From Haplodiscus bocki (lineage: Eukaryota): a stretch of DNA of 64,000 nt. The notes under the pieces are model-generated. The model was not told where the DNA came from. It did not search any database and saw only the letters and a list, made by a program, of their open reading frames with translations. The position numbers and the translations under genes were made by a program. Within the stretch, counting starts at the first letter, position 1, and every line of letters begins with the position of its first letter. This document shows, one piece after another, positions 52,580-62,901 of the stretch. The stretch covers positions 49,042,001-49,106,000 of the forward strand of contig OZ296648.1 in NCBI GenBank assembly GCA_965655095.1. Direction: 5' to 3'.

Positions 52580-55500
52580 CCCAGGGTTGAGCATTGGGGA
52601 ACACTACTGGTAACATTAGTTGATTCAGTTCTTTTCGCTCCAACTCGAACTGCTTTTTTTGTTTTGGTTTGGTAACTACCTAGAAGGAGTAAATTTTTAC
52701 AGTTCTTTCCGAATCGTACAAGTATATCTGCTAGAAATTCTTGTTGGATTTTGTCAGGAGCTGTTTTATGTCGCTATGCAATGCCCATAGCTCCGAATTT
52801 TCTTTCAGGTCGAGACGTGTGTACACTTGATGAAGTTGGCGTTACATCTGTAGTAACAAAAAAAAATTTTCCCTCAAATCCGATCTGGGCAGGATGGAGA
52901 CATATTTTGGTTTCTGGATACAAAACAGTCGAAGAGTATTCGATAAAATGTTCATGACATTTACAAAGACACTGAAGTGTATCAATTGGGTGATGTCCGC
53001 TTATCGTTTTCTTTATCAAATGGGATGGCATGACTTGGCTTCCAGTAGTCTGAAAAACCGCCGAAAATGATGCGTGTCTCAAAATCTCAAAACTAAGCAA
53101 CTTCGTTACAGCAGGAAAACTCTCAGGACGATGTTGCCAGATACAGTGGCTTTGTTTACGTCAAGATGCTTGAGAAGAATGAGTACTTTTTTCTTCTTAT
53201 ATTCGCAGCCAAATGTCAGCGTTACGGTTTGTTTGAAGGTTTTTCCCTCATGGAAGGCGCCAGAGAAAATGGCGTTAGAAGGTCTCTGTTATTCTAAGGT
53301 ATAGTTTTTCGTCGCCTGCTGTTTTTCTTGTGAGTTTTTTTGCTGATATTGTACTCATAATTTTTTTCATACACAAACGGTCAACTCTTCTGAGTAGACT
53401 CTGGAAATTTTGCAAATCGGACATTCATCAGCAATTGAATAAATTCTCCTCAGGAAGTGTCAAGTTTTTACCAAAACTGATTTTCTGAGTTTTCAATTGG
53501 AGCATTTTCTTGTAGGGAGTCGAAAACTTCCGCAATTTCCTCTTCCTCTTCTTCTCATTGCCTCTAGATACTTCGTTTTTGAGAGAAATAGCGGTACTGA
53601 TCATGGGTGGTTGCTTGAGCGGATGTTGGTTTACCTTCGTTCATTTTTGTTGCGCTTATCCTCTGATTTTGTCGTATCATGGTTTGGAGGCACTCAAAAC
53701 TGAGTAAGTTCGTTAGAGCCGGAAAAACTCTGAGGACGATCTTGCCAATGTTGCTAGATACGGAGGCTTTGTTTACGTCAAGATGCTTGAGAAGAGTGAG
53801 TAATTTTTCCATCTTCTTTTCGTCCGTCCATTTCTTCCTTTACAGACCGCATTTTCCTATCTTTCGACGGAAAATATATGATGTCTGATCAGTCGAAAGT
53901 GGATATTAAAGTGCTTCTTCCCGCGCCGACACAATAAACAATAACGTAGGCAAAAATCAAAAAGATTTTGCATAGAAACAAGTATTGAAAATTGCACCAA
54001 AATTAGGTAAAGTACACTGAAATAAACATAAAAAATCATAATTACATGCTTGGGATTACTATTGACTCGACTAAATCCACTTTCGGAACAAAACTAGGCT
54101 TTTTCCTAGTCCGTCTCTGTTACTACGTGCCGGTTTCTCGTTTTGGCCAAAGCGTTCCGGAAGGACTACGTAGCCGCTTGTAGCACTGCTCACCACAGTG
54201 CTCCTGAGAAGAATGAAAGAGGTGGCTAAGTAGTCGTTACGTGTGGGTCCAAATTGACACAGCATAACAGCATTGCGCATTGGTTGAAATTTTAGTGACG
54301 TCACCAGATTGATATCGACGGAACGCGTACGGAACAAATTTTCACTCCTAGAAAAGCTACTGTGTAGATACGTGTCCATTCCGTAACAGTTCCGTCCCAA
54401 TCTGGATTAGTACAAGAGACTGCTACGTATACAATTCGTAGAACTCATATGAAAATATACTGGGGATTCATACGTATTTGATGCGTATCAAATAAATAAA
54501 AAGGCGTTGATATAAGACTGGAATATTAGTATAAAAAAGGCAATAGAAAAGTCTAAAGTTTTGATGTAGTTTCTTCCAATCTTCAGACGATCCGGGGATG
54601 TCCTTTTCTTTCTTTATGACCGTAGGCTTCGCGGATATACTGCGACACCCAGGGTTGAGCATTGGGGAACACTACTGGTAACATTAGTTGATTCAGTTCT
54701 TTTCGCTCCAATTCGAACTGCTTTTATTGTTTTTGTTTGGTAACTACCTAGAAGGCGTAAATTTTAAAAACTCATTTGGAATCGTACAAATATATCTGCT
54801 AGAAATTCTTGTTGGATTTTGTCAGGAGCTGTTTTATGTCGCTATGCAATGCCCATAGCTCCGAATTTTCTTTCAGGTCGAGACGTGTGTACACTTGATG
54901 AAGTTGGCGTTACATCTGTAGTAACAAAAAAAAATTTTCCCTCAAATCCGATCTGGGCAGGATGGAGACATATTTTGGTTTCTGGATACAAAACAGTCGA
55001 AGAGTATTCGATAAAATGTTCATGACATTTACAAAGACACTGAAGTGTATCAATTGGGTGATGTCCGCTTATCGTTTTCTTTATCAAATGGGATGGCATG
55101 ACTTGGCTTCCAGTAGTCTGAAAAACCGCCGAAAATGATGCGTGTCTCAAAATCTCAAAACTAAGCAACTTCGTTACAGCAGGAAAACTCTCAGGACGAT
55201 GTTGCCAGATACAGTGGCTTTGTTTACGTCAAGATGCTTGAGAAGAATGAGTACTTTTTTCTTCTTATATTCGCAGCCAAATGTCAGCGTTACGGTTTGT
55301 TTGATGGTTCTTTCCTCATAGAAGGCGCCAGAGAAAATGGCGTTAGAAGGTCTCTGTTATTGTAAGGTATAGTTTTTCGTCGCCTGCTGTTTTTCTTGTG
55401 AGTTTTTTTGCTGATATTGTACTCATAATATTTTTCATACACGAACGGTCAACTCTTCTGAGCAGACTCTGGAAATTTTCCAAATCGGACATTCATCAGC

Positions 55501-55764
55501 AATTGAATAATTTCTCCTCAGGAAGTGTCAAGTTTTTACCAAAACTGATTTTCTGAGTTTTCAATTGGAGCATTTTCTTATAGGGAGTCGGGAACTTCCG
55601 CATTTTCCTCTTCTTCGTCTTCTGATTGCCTCGAGATACTTCGTTTTTGAGAGAAATAGCGGTACTGATCATGGGTGTTTGGTTGAGCGGATGTTGGTTT
55701 ACCTTCGTTCAATTTTGGTGCGCTTATCCTCTGATTTTGTCGTATCATGGTTTGGAGGCACTCA
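51759..55764. repeat. Tandem duplication with ~2068-bp offset (51759-53696 and 53826-55764) covering half of the solo LTR plus LINE RT sequence
   Basis: Paired near-identical ORFs at constant offset (52003/54071, 52400/54468, 52751/54819). The spacer 53697-53825 is a further copy of ~53090-53190. Confidence 0.9.
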
Positions 55765-56546
55765 CGTTGCTATAGCAATACTGCTGAAAAATCCGAAAAA
55801 ATTTTCTGATATCATTCCAATCTTTTTTTGTAACCTTATATAAAATTTGAATCGGGTTTCTTCGCGGTAGTGTGACCTTGTAGAGCGCCTCTTAAGTCAT
55901 GTTGATCTGAAGTTTACTTCATGGTTATTGACTCTTCAACTTCGGTTGAGTGGTTGTCGACATCGAAAAAGATTTTCCTGGCTTTGCTGTCAAACGAATC
56001 TAACTTTCCGTTGATTACACGGCGCAGTAGTGGTTGAAAAATAGGTTCTCCAAATGTTGCGAAGGTTTGAGTTAAAAAGTTTTGACTTCTGATGTCATAC
56101 GGTTCGAGTCAGTTGATTCTACATTCAGGTTTAATTAGTGCTGCTTTTTGGCATGCTATTTCCTGCCAGTTCATGCAGTAACGAGTTCTTTTGTACGCAT
56201 TTTTCCAGTAGGTTTTCGAATTCCGTGTTGTAGACGCAACACTATTAGGTTTCGGGTTTGATTTGTTTTGAACTCAACTGTGACACTTCCTATTATGCTT
56301 TTAGCAGTATTTTTGTCGGGAGGATTCTGAGTGGGAATGAGTTTACCTGAGAGTGTGGTAAGTGTACCGGCATAGGTTCTTTTTTTCTGAGTATTGTGTT
56401 TTCTGTCAGTAAAGGCCCTTTGTCAAGAGATTCACTCGTTAGCCATGTCCCAGAGAGGCAAAAATGTCAGAATCCGTTTCAACGATTTGACTTGGAAAAG
56501 ATTAGCATCGTTGTGGATCAAATTGTCTGCGTACGTTGAAGACAAG
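52585..56546 (-). pseudogene. Older CR1-like LINE ORF2 (APE-linker-RT), decayed and partly duplicated
   Basis: Minus strand: FNVRR...DIF/CLSGTWLT (APE start, ~56545-56430); FQQYCYSNV; KHLDVNKA; VTSSVPQCSTLG ending at the solo-LTR junction and resuming as LGSLF left of 51045. Confidence 0.7.
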
Positions 56547-56689
56547 AAAGTCGGAGTCACTCGACTCCGAGAAGAGTTTCGAAAGAAAAACAAGAGTTTC
56601 GGAGTCACTCGTGATTTTGTTCCTGTTTTTGCCAAGGTTGTCCAGTTGTTGCCTTCCTTCCAATGCCAATTGCAGCAAACAAGAAGACA

Positions 56690-57085
56690 ATGTCTGGCAA
56701 AGGAGGAAAATCAAAGAGCGGCAAAGTTGGAGCTAAAGCCTCAAAGACACGATCAAGCCGAGCTGGTCTGCAGTTCCCCGTTGGACGAATCCACCGATGC
56801 ATCCGCAAAGGAAACTACGCTGAGCGAGTTGGAGCTGGTGTCCCAGTCTACCTTGCAGCTGTCTTGGAGTACTTGACTGCTGAAATCTTGGAGTTGGCAG
56901 GAAACGCTGCCAGAGACAATAACAAAAGGAGAATCATTCCCCGACACTTGCAGTTGGCCATCCGAAACGACGAAGAGCTGAACAAGCTGCTCCAAGGAGT
57001 GACCATTGCTCAAGGTGGTGTGCTGCCCAACATCCAAGCAGTTCTGTTGCCCAAGAAGCAATCTTCTCAAAGCAAAGCCAAGTAA
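56690..57085 (+). CDS. H2A: Histone H2A (131 aa, intronless, intact)
   Basis: MSGKGGKSK...[16 protein letters not shown]...[23 protein letters not shown]...[41 protein letters not shown]. The ATG at 56690 gives the canonical MSG start; an upstream in-frame ATG exists at 56663. Confidence 0.97.
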   Translation: MSGKGGKSKSGKVGAKASKTRSSRAGLQFPVGRIHRCIRKGNYAERVGAGVPVYLAAVLEYLTAEILELAGNAARDNNKRRIIPRHLQLAIRNDEELNKLLQGVTIAQGGVLPNIQAVLLPKKQSSQSKAK

Positions 57086-58008
57086 ATGAGCTTGTTGCGA
57101 TGCTGCGATTGTTGAAGCCTGCAAACAACATTGCTGCCTCGGATAAAACCCATTGTTGCGTGGGCTGCAACCAGCACATGCATCTTACCACCGAATGCAC
57201 AGCTCTCTCAAACGTTGCCATCAACGGAATCAAGGAACTCGGTAACAATTGCATGCTCATGTGCAACACTTGTCTTGACAATGGAGAACGAGACGTGTTC
57301 ATTAGATGCAGAGCACAAACGAAGGTCGAGTCCGTAATCTCAGACTTGAAAATCGATGAAAAGCTCTCCAATCTGGAAAACAAGTTCTCCGAACTTGTCG
57401 ACTCGAAACTTGCAAATCTAATTTCGAAGTCATGTGACAAAATTGAACAAAACTATGCTAAAGTGACAGCCAAAACGCTCGAGAAAGCTGCCTCCGTGGT
57501 ACCTTCCTCAAACTCCAAAACAAAAGTGAAATCCGAAGATCTCAACATCTCAGCAAGCTTCAGAATACAAGGGATCGCTGAAGATCCCGAGAAAACTGTC
57601 GATGAGAATCTTGTCCCAACCACCGAAAAAGTCAAAAATATCCTACAATCCTTCAATGTCAATACCGAAATCACTTCAATGAAGCGACTTGGAAAATTTG
57701 ATAAAACAAGAATCAAACCAAGGACCCTTCTTGTTACGGTCCGGAATGAGTACGATAAGAAGCTAATCATGGCGAAGAGTGTGGAAAACGGTGAAATCTT
57801 AACGGAGGAGTCCATCTACTTCCTTCCTGCATTATCAAAGGCTGACGTCATCCAAGAGAATCAAGTGCTGAAAAAGAGAAGAGAACTTCTCGATGAAGGC
57901 GGTCCTCGTGAGAAACTAAAAATTCGCAACTTTGAATTATTCAATGATGGCAAAAAGGTAGCTATGGATGCAACCGAGCTCCCCCCCAAGGAGCAAATTT
58001 CATTTTGA
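57086..58008 (+). CDS. LINE ORF1 with N-terminal PHD-like finger, coiled coil and RRM-like C-terminus
   Basis: Open frame 57100-58008: CVGCNQHMHLTTEC...LMCNTC; FRIQGIAED; KRLGKFDKTRIKPRTLLVT. The first PHD Cys pair (MSLLRCCDC) is read from ATG 57086, one frame off, suggesting a 1-nt deletion near 57112. Confidence 0.8.
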
Positions 58009-60846
58009 CTAGACAATGTAAGTGTACTACTTTTAAACGCTCGAAGTCTCCTAAATTACGAACGTAGACTCAAACTCAGAAACGCCATTCTTGTTGAAAA
58101 GTATAACATAATCTGTATCACTGAAAGCTGGCTCACTTCAGGCACTCGGCGGAGCTCCTCTGAGTGACTTCACCATCTATCGGGCAGACAGACCCTCTAC
58201 ATCCGGCAAACCCTCTCCTCATGGTGGTGTGCTCATCGCCATCAGGAACACTTACTATTCTGAAGTCACTTTTGCCAATCTCCCCGAATGTTGCCTTCAA
58301 TGCACAATAAGGATTTCAGGAGAAGACATTGTGATAAGGGTCTTCTACTCGCCCCCACATGGTAGCCCATACAGATACTCCATAGACGGTTTCGTAAATC
58401 TGACCAGGGGAACCCCAAAAGGGAAACCAGTCATAATCTGTAGTGACATCAATTTCCCCGACACAAACTGGGAAACTCGAACCAGCACCGACTCATTCGA
58501 ACAAGCTGTGATTCACTTACTCGATGACCTAATGTATGATCAGTCGATCAATTTTCCCACCTGTGGCTCGCGAACTCTTGATGTTGCCTTTTTCTCCAAC
58601 TGCACCGTAACAGCTGCGGTAGACGAGAACTTCAATGAGATTTACAACTGCTCAGATCACCTTGCCATCAGACTGACAATTGAGAGACTGACTTGTTCTG
58701 AAAAGATCTTCATAGAAAACTTCAGAAGCTTCGGGTCAGCCGACTTCAGCAGCCTGCGTGACCACCTCTGCCGGAACCCATTTTCTCTCACTTGTTTTTC
58801 CAACATCGACAACACGTGCCTTGAACTATAACAACATTTTGATCGAGCCATTGACATGTTCGTCCCAACCCGGACGAGACATCGCCAGAATTTGCCCCCC
58901 TGGATAACCTCCGAATCTTCTCATGTGTTGAAGAAAATGCAAACCCAGAAAAGGTTACTAGCAGCTAAACCTACCAGCTACAGGCGGAACAAAATAGTCG
59001 AACTAGAGAACCTAGTTTCCAAGTAATGTGAAGAAGACAGAGTTCATTACCAGGAGAAACTGTTCAACACGCGCGACACTGGTAGAATTTTCAAGCATTT
59101 AAAGTGTCTCAAAAAGACAGCCAGTCTTCCGTTATCAATGCAATTCAGAAATGAAAGTACTCAAAGTGCCTTCAGAAAAGCGGAAATGTTCAACGAATAC
59201 TTCCATTCAGTCTTCGCTCCAAAGGTGGACTACAACTTGAACAACATCCCAGTGAGCAATGTTTCCCTAACAAATTTCAGCATTTCAAAAGCCAAATTAC
59301 GGAGCATTATCTCTGATCTTGACGTAAACAAAACGCGAGGCCCAAATGGCTATCCGCCTTCCTTCTTTGTTAATTCTGGCGAAGGTATGATTCATGCTCT
59401 TCATCTCTTGCTCAAAAATATAAAAAGATTGCGAAAGATTCCCAAATGCTGGAAGCGCGCTGTTGTTTCGCCCATTCATAAGAAAGGCGAAAAATTCCTC
59501 GTGGAAAACTATAGACCAATATCACTGCTAGATATTGACAGCAAAATTCTAGAAAAATGCATGTATTTGCCACTCTACGAGCACTTTGTTACCTCCCTGA
59601 GCTCACGCCAACATGGTTTCGTTCGCCAGAAATCGACAATAACGAACATGCTCGCTTTCCTCCAAGCTGTCTACAAAGCCCTCGATAACGATCAACACAG
59701 TGATGTCGTAGCTTTTTACACAGATTTCAGTAAGGCTTTCGACAAAGTATCCCATTACCTTCTGTTGTGCAAAGTAGCAAGTCTAGGCGTAAATGGTTGT
59801 TTGCTCGAACTTCTCCATGATTATCTTTCCGACCGAAAGCAAATTGTGCGCGTTGACAACGTCAGCTCTCGGCCAAAGGACGTAACTAGCGGTGTCCCCC
59901 AAGGGTCCCTCTTGGGACCACTTCTGTTCTGTATTTTTATAAATGACCTCCCAGAAGCCCTAGCTTTCAGCGACTCATATCTTTTTGCAGATGACCTCAA
60001 ATTTTTTTCCGTAAACCTAACAGAACTCCAAGTGCAAACCGATCTTCAACCACTTGAAAAATGGGTAAATAAGAATCGAATGGCCCTAGCAACAGACAAA
60101 TGTGCTAAACTGACATTCCGAGGGAAGGACACAATTTTCAAAGTCTTCGGAGAACCCCTGAAAACCGAAGCCAACGTAAGAGATTTAGGCATTACGTTGA
60201 CCAGCGATCTCACGTGGAACATGCACATATCAAAAAAGTAGCGAACGCAAACGGTGTTCTCTACTTACTAAGAAGAAATGTCTCTCAATCTGTAGGTGCT
60301 CGAATCAAACTCGGACTCTATAAATCCCTAGTCTTACCCATTCTTCTCTATGGTATCCAGTGCATTCACCTGTCAAAAGCGTCAATGATCATTCTAGAAA
60401 AACTCCAGAAAAGAGCCGTTAAGTGGATATGCGGAACAGGAAAATATGGACAACAACTTCGCTTTCTGAACATTCTGCCGTTGCCTATGCACATCCAAAT
60501 TTTGAACCTGCTTACCTTGTCAAACTTTCGTACCAATTTTTGTACCAGCAACCCCACAACTGTGACTCTTTTACAGAGTCAAACTGCGCCCTCAAGAAGC
60601 AAAGAAGTCTTTAAGCTTCCCAAAACTAGAACTGAAAAAGCTAGGAACAAATTCGTATTCAGAACTTCCCGTCTGGCAAACAGAGTAAATCAACACGCAA
60701 AGTTCGAGGAACCTGTTGGACTGAAAAGACGTCTGATCAAGCTACTTTGGAGGGTCGTGGAAGCTACCTACGACGAACTCAACTCCTGCACCTGGCTGAT
60801 TGCTTGCGACTGCCAGAACTGCAGGGAAAAGTGGACAATTTTCTAA
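58009..60846 (+). pseudogene. LINE ORF2 (AP endonuclease + reverse transcriptase) with 2 frameshifts and 2 nonsense codons
   Basis: LLNARSL, ICITESWL, HGGVL, SDINFP, SDHLAI, NYRPISLL, QHGF, DFSKAFDKV, GVPQGSLLGP, YLFADDLK, CDCQNC. Frameshifts at ~58150 and ~60235; stops at 58829 and ~59024. Confidence 0.92.
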
Positions 60847-60889
60847 ACTCAACTCGGGATCAAACTCTCCTCAGTTTAGTGTAAAGCCT

Positions 60890-60910
60890 CAACAACAACA
60901 ACAACAACAA
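60890..60910 (+). repeat. (CAA)7 3' tail of the LINE
   Basis: Microsatellite starting 43 nt after the ORF2 stop. Confidence 0.9.
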
Positions 60911-60914
60911 AAGT

Positions 60915-61500
60915 TTCTAGTCGCCAGACATCGTTGGTTGGAGCCGCATTCCGATGGTGGCTTGTTCATGTTGCTCTCCTCTGGATCCAGTTTTTGCTGT
61001 TGGAAAAATTTTCTTTGGAATAGCCCCGCCAAGCCTCCAGACCGAGGGTTGTTCAATAGTAGCTCAATGATGATGATGAGTGTGTGCGTTCCGCTTCCTC
61101 GTCGTTGGCCACCTTTTCGAAATTCTCGATTGGTTCTTCTGTTTCTGTGAAAACCCCGATGGACTTCACAGTTGTATAGTCCTCTCCTGTAAGGTCTCTG
61201 CTTCAATTACGTTCAAGCTCAAACGCTCCCGTTGTTTTTATGTGCGGAGGTTTTCTTTTCTTGATTGGACTGCTTTGTTCATTACCCATCACCTTGTCGT
61301 TTTTGGTGGCGTAGTAGCAGCTGGTTCGGTTTTGTTCGTTCCCGGTGTTTCAGTCATCATTTCTCACATGAATGATAGTTGTCAATGTGGCTGTTTTCCA
61401 ACTCACTTTTTATTTCTTGCCCCCCTCTGGCCAAGTTGTCTAGTGCGACATCTCTTTTTGTTCGAACACACTCATTGAACATCAGAAAAACATTTTGCGG
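60915..61500 (-). pseudogene. ORF1 remnant of the older antiparallel LINE
   Basis: Minus-strand EEPIENF/RKGGQ...THTLIII parallels the RLG...PRTLLV motif and ends at CGA-CTAG, the decayed ORF1/ORF2 junction; weak similarity. Confidence 0.4.
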
Positions 61501-62901
61501 GATTTTACTGACTCCAAAAATGCTTTCTCATACTCTCTAGTAGTGGCACACTGAGAAAAGGAGGTCTAACTGAGGAAAGACAATTGACGATCGACGAGGG
61601 AAAGTTATTCGTGTTTAAATGCTAGTAGAAACTCCAAATGCACTGGTTAATGGAGGGACAGATAGACAATAAGGGACCTAACCTCATTTGGAAAGTAATA
61701 GAACTCCGCGATGCAGCAGTTAGGACAGATAATGCAAGGGAGTTGAAGTTTGTTAATGCACGTTTTATCCATAGTTGCTTTATCTGGTTTGATTTTTTTT
61801 CGATGATCGCTGGATGGTTATTCTGCGGAGATTTCCACTGTGGGCAGCGTTAGTTTCCAAGAGTTTGAGTTCATCTCGGGAGTCTGGATGCAATTTAAGT
61901 ATTCGGTGTCTCCTGTCGGAAATCTTGCTGCTTTCGTTTGAAGATGATGTTCTGCACTTTAAGAATCAGAATTTCAGATTTTTTTTAGCTTCAGGGAGAA
62001 GTCTAGGGTTCCGTATTTTCGGGTGTAGACAATTTCTTTGATCTGTTGTTGGGAGTTGAGCTTCCTGAGGTTCTCCGCCACTTTTGTTGCCGGTGTTTGA
62101 ATTGTATTCTCTGCGGACAGAAATTGCATCGATATGTTGTCAGGGAGTTGTTCATAGCGTCGTGCTAGATGAATAGGTTGTTTTCGGGATTGAAGTTTAC
62201 CTTTGTTGTTGAATAGGTTCGGAATTACTTTCAGAGGGCTCCGCGCGTTGAGTTTCAGCGACAGACCCGGCTTCGAGAAAGCAGTTTTGATGATTGATGC
62301 ACGAGAAATTTTTGATTTTGTATTGATTCATCTGTTAGCTTTCCTTTTCGAAGTTCAGGAAACCTTATTGATGGGTTTTCGATGTCGCGACAGAAACTTT
62401 CTGCTGAGATGATTTGGATAAATAATTTGAAACTTTCCGAATCTTTTTGACAATTTGAGTGTTTCTACCAACCTCATACGCCGTAATAGTTGCTGCTCTG
62501 GTTATCGGAACGGTTTTGGAAAAGCTTTTTTGGTCTCTAGTCAATCTCGGTAATTGTTTTGCAAAATGAATACTCATTTTGACGTGTAAATTCGTGAATC
62601 TCAGTTTTTGATTTGTTTTATCAAAATAGTATAAATACCCTGCTGCAAGCCCTTGTATTTCCTCTTGATGTGAAAGTTTTACTTGCTCATCTTGTACACA
62701 AATTTTCCATTGTTTGTTGATCTTCTTCCAGTTTTTTTGTGAAACTAAGCAACGACGGTAGTGAAATTTCCTAAGCGCACTGATCGTTACAGACTGGAGT
62801 CTCGTTTTTCGCAATCTTTGCACAAATCATTTCGGCTTATAGTGTTCATTTGTCTGTTTAACGTCAACTCTACTTGTAGATCGGCTGTTTTTCAGGGCAG
62901 A

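Larger units (their letters stand above)
56552..60909 (+). mobile_element. CR1/L2-like non-LTR retrotransposon carrying a histone H2A ORF (5'UTR-H2A-ORF1-ORF2-3'UTR-(CAA)n)
   Basis: PHD ORF1, APE+RT ORF2, short 3'UTR and (CAA)7 tail. Candidate TSD AAAGT at 56547-56551 and 60910-60914. Both flanks belong to one interrupted antiparallel LINE. Confidence 0.85.

Noticed and set aside
56411-56430. AAAGGCCCTTTGTCAAGAGA resembling the 5' half of a histone 3' stem-loop
   Set aside because: It lies upstream of H2A, cannot form the 6-bp stem, and falls within the older LINE's APE region.
57059-57085. SQ in the H2A C-tail suggesting H2A.X
   Set aside because: H2A.X needs a terminal SQ(E/D)-hydrophobic motif; this tail ends SQSKAK.
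56394-57440. Overlapping ORFs 56394-56876 (+), 56753-57124 (-) and 56934-57440 (-)
   Set aside because: Shadow frames of H2A and ORF1 with no recognisable motifs; the first crosses the insertion boundary.
62365-62823. 152-aa minus-strand ORF divergent from the AOX-like gene
   Set aside because: No recognisable domain or supporting signals; cannot be separated from a chance ORF.
62761-62901. N-terminal extension and 63576 stop of the AOX-like ORF in the ORF track
   Set aside because: The track start is a GTG upstream of a good splice acceptor, and the TAA lies inside the GTAAGT donor, so both are probably intronic.
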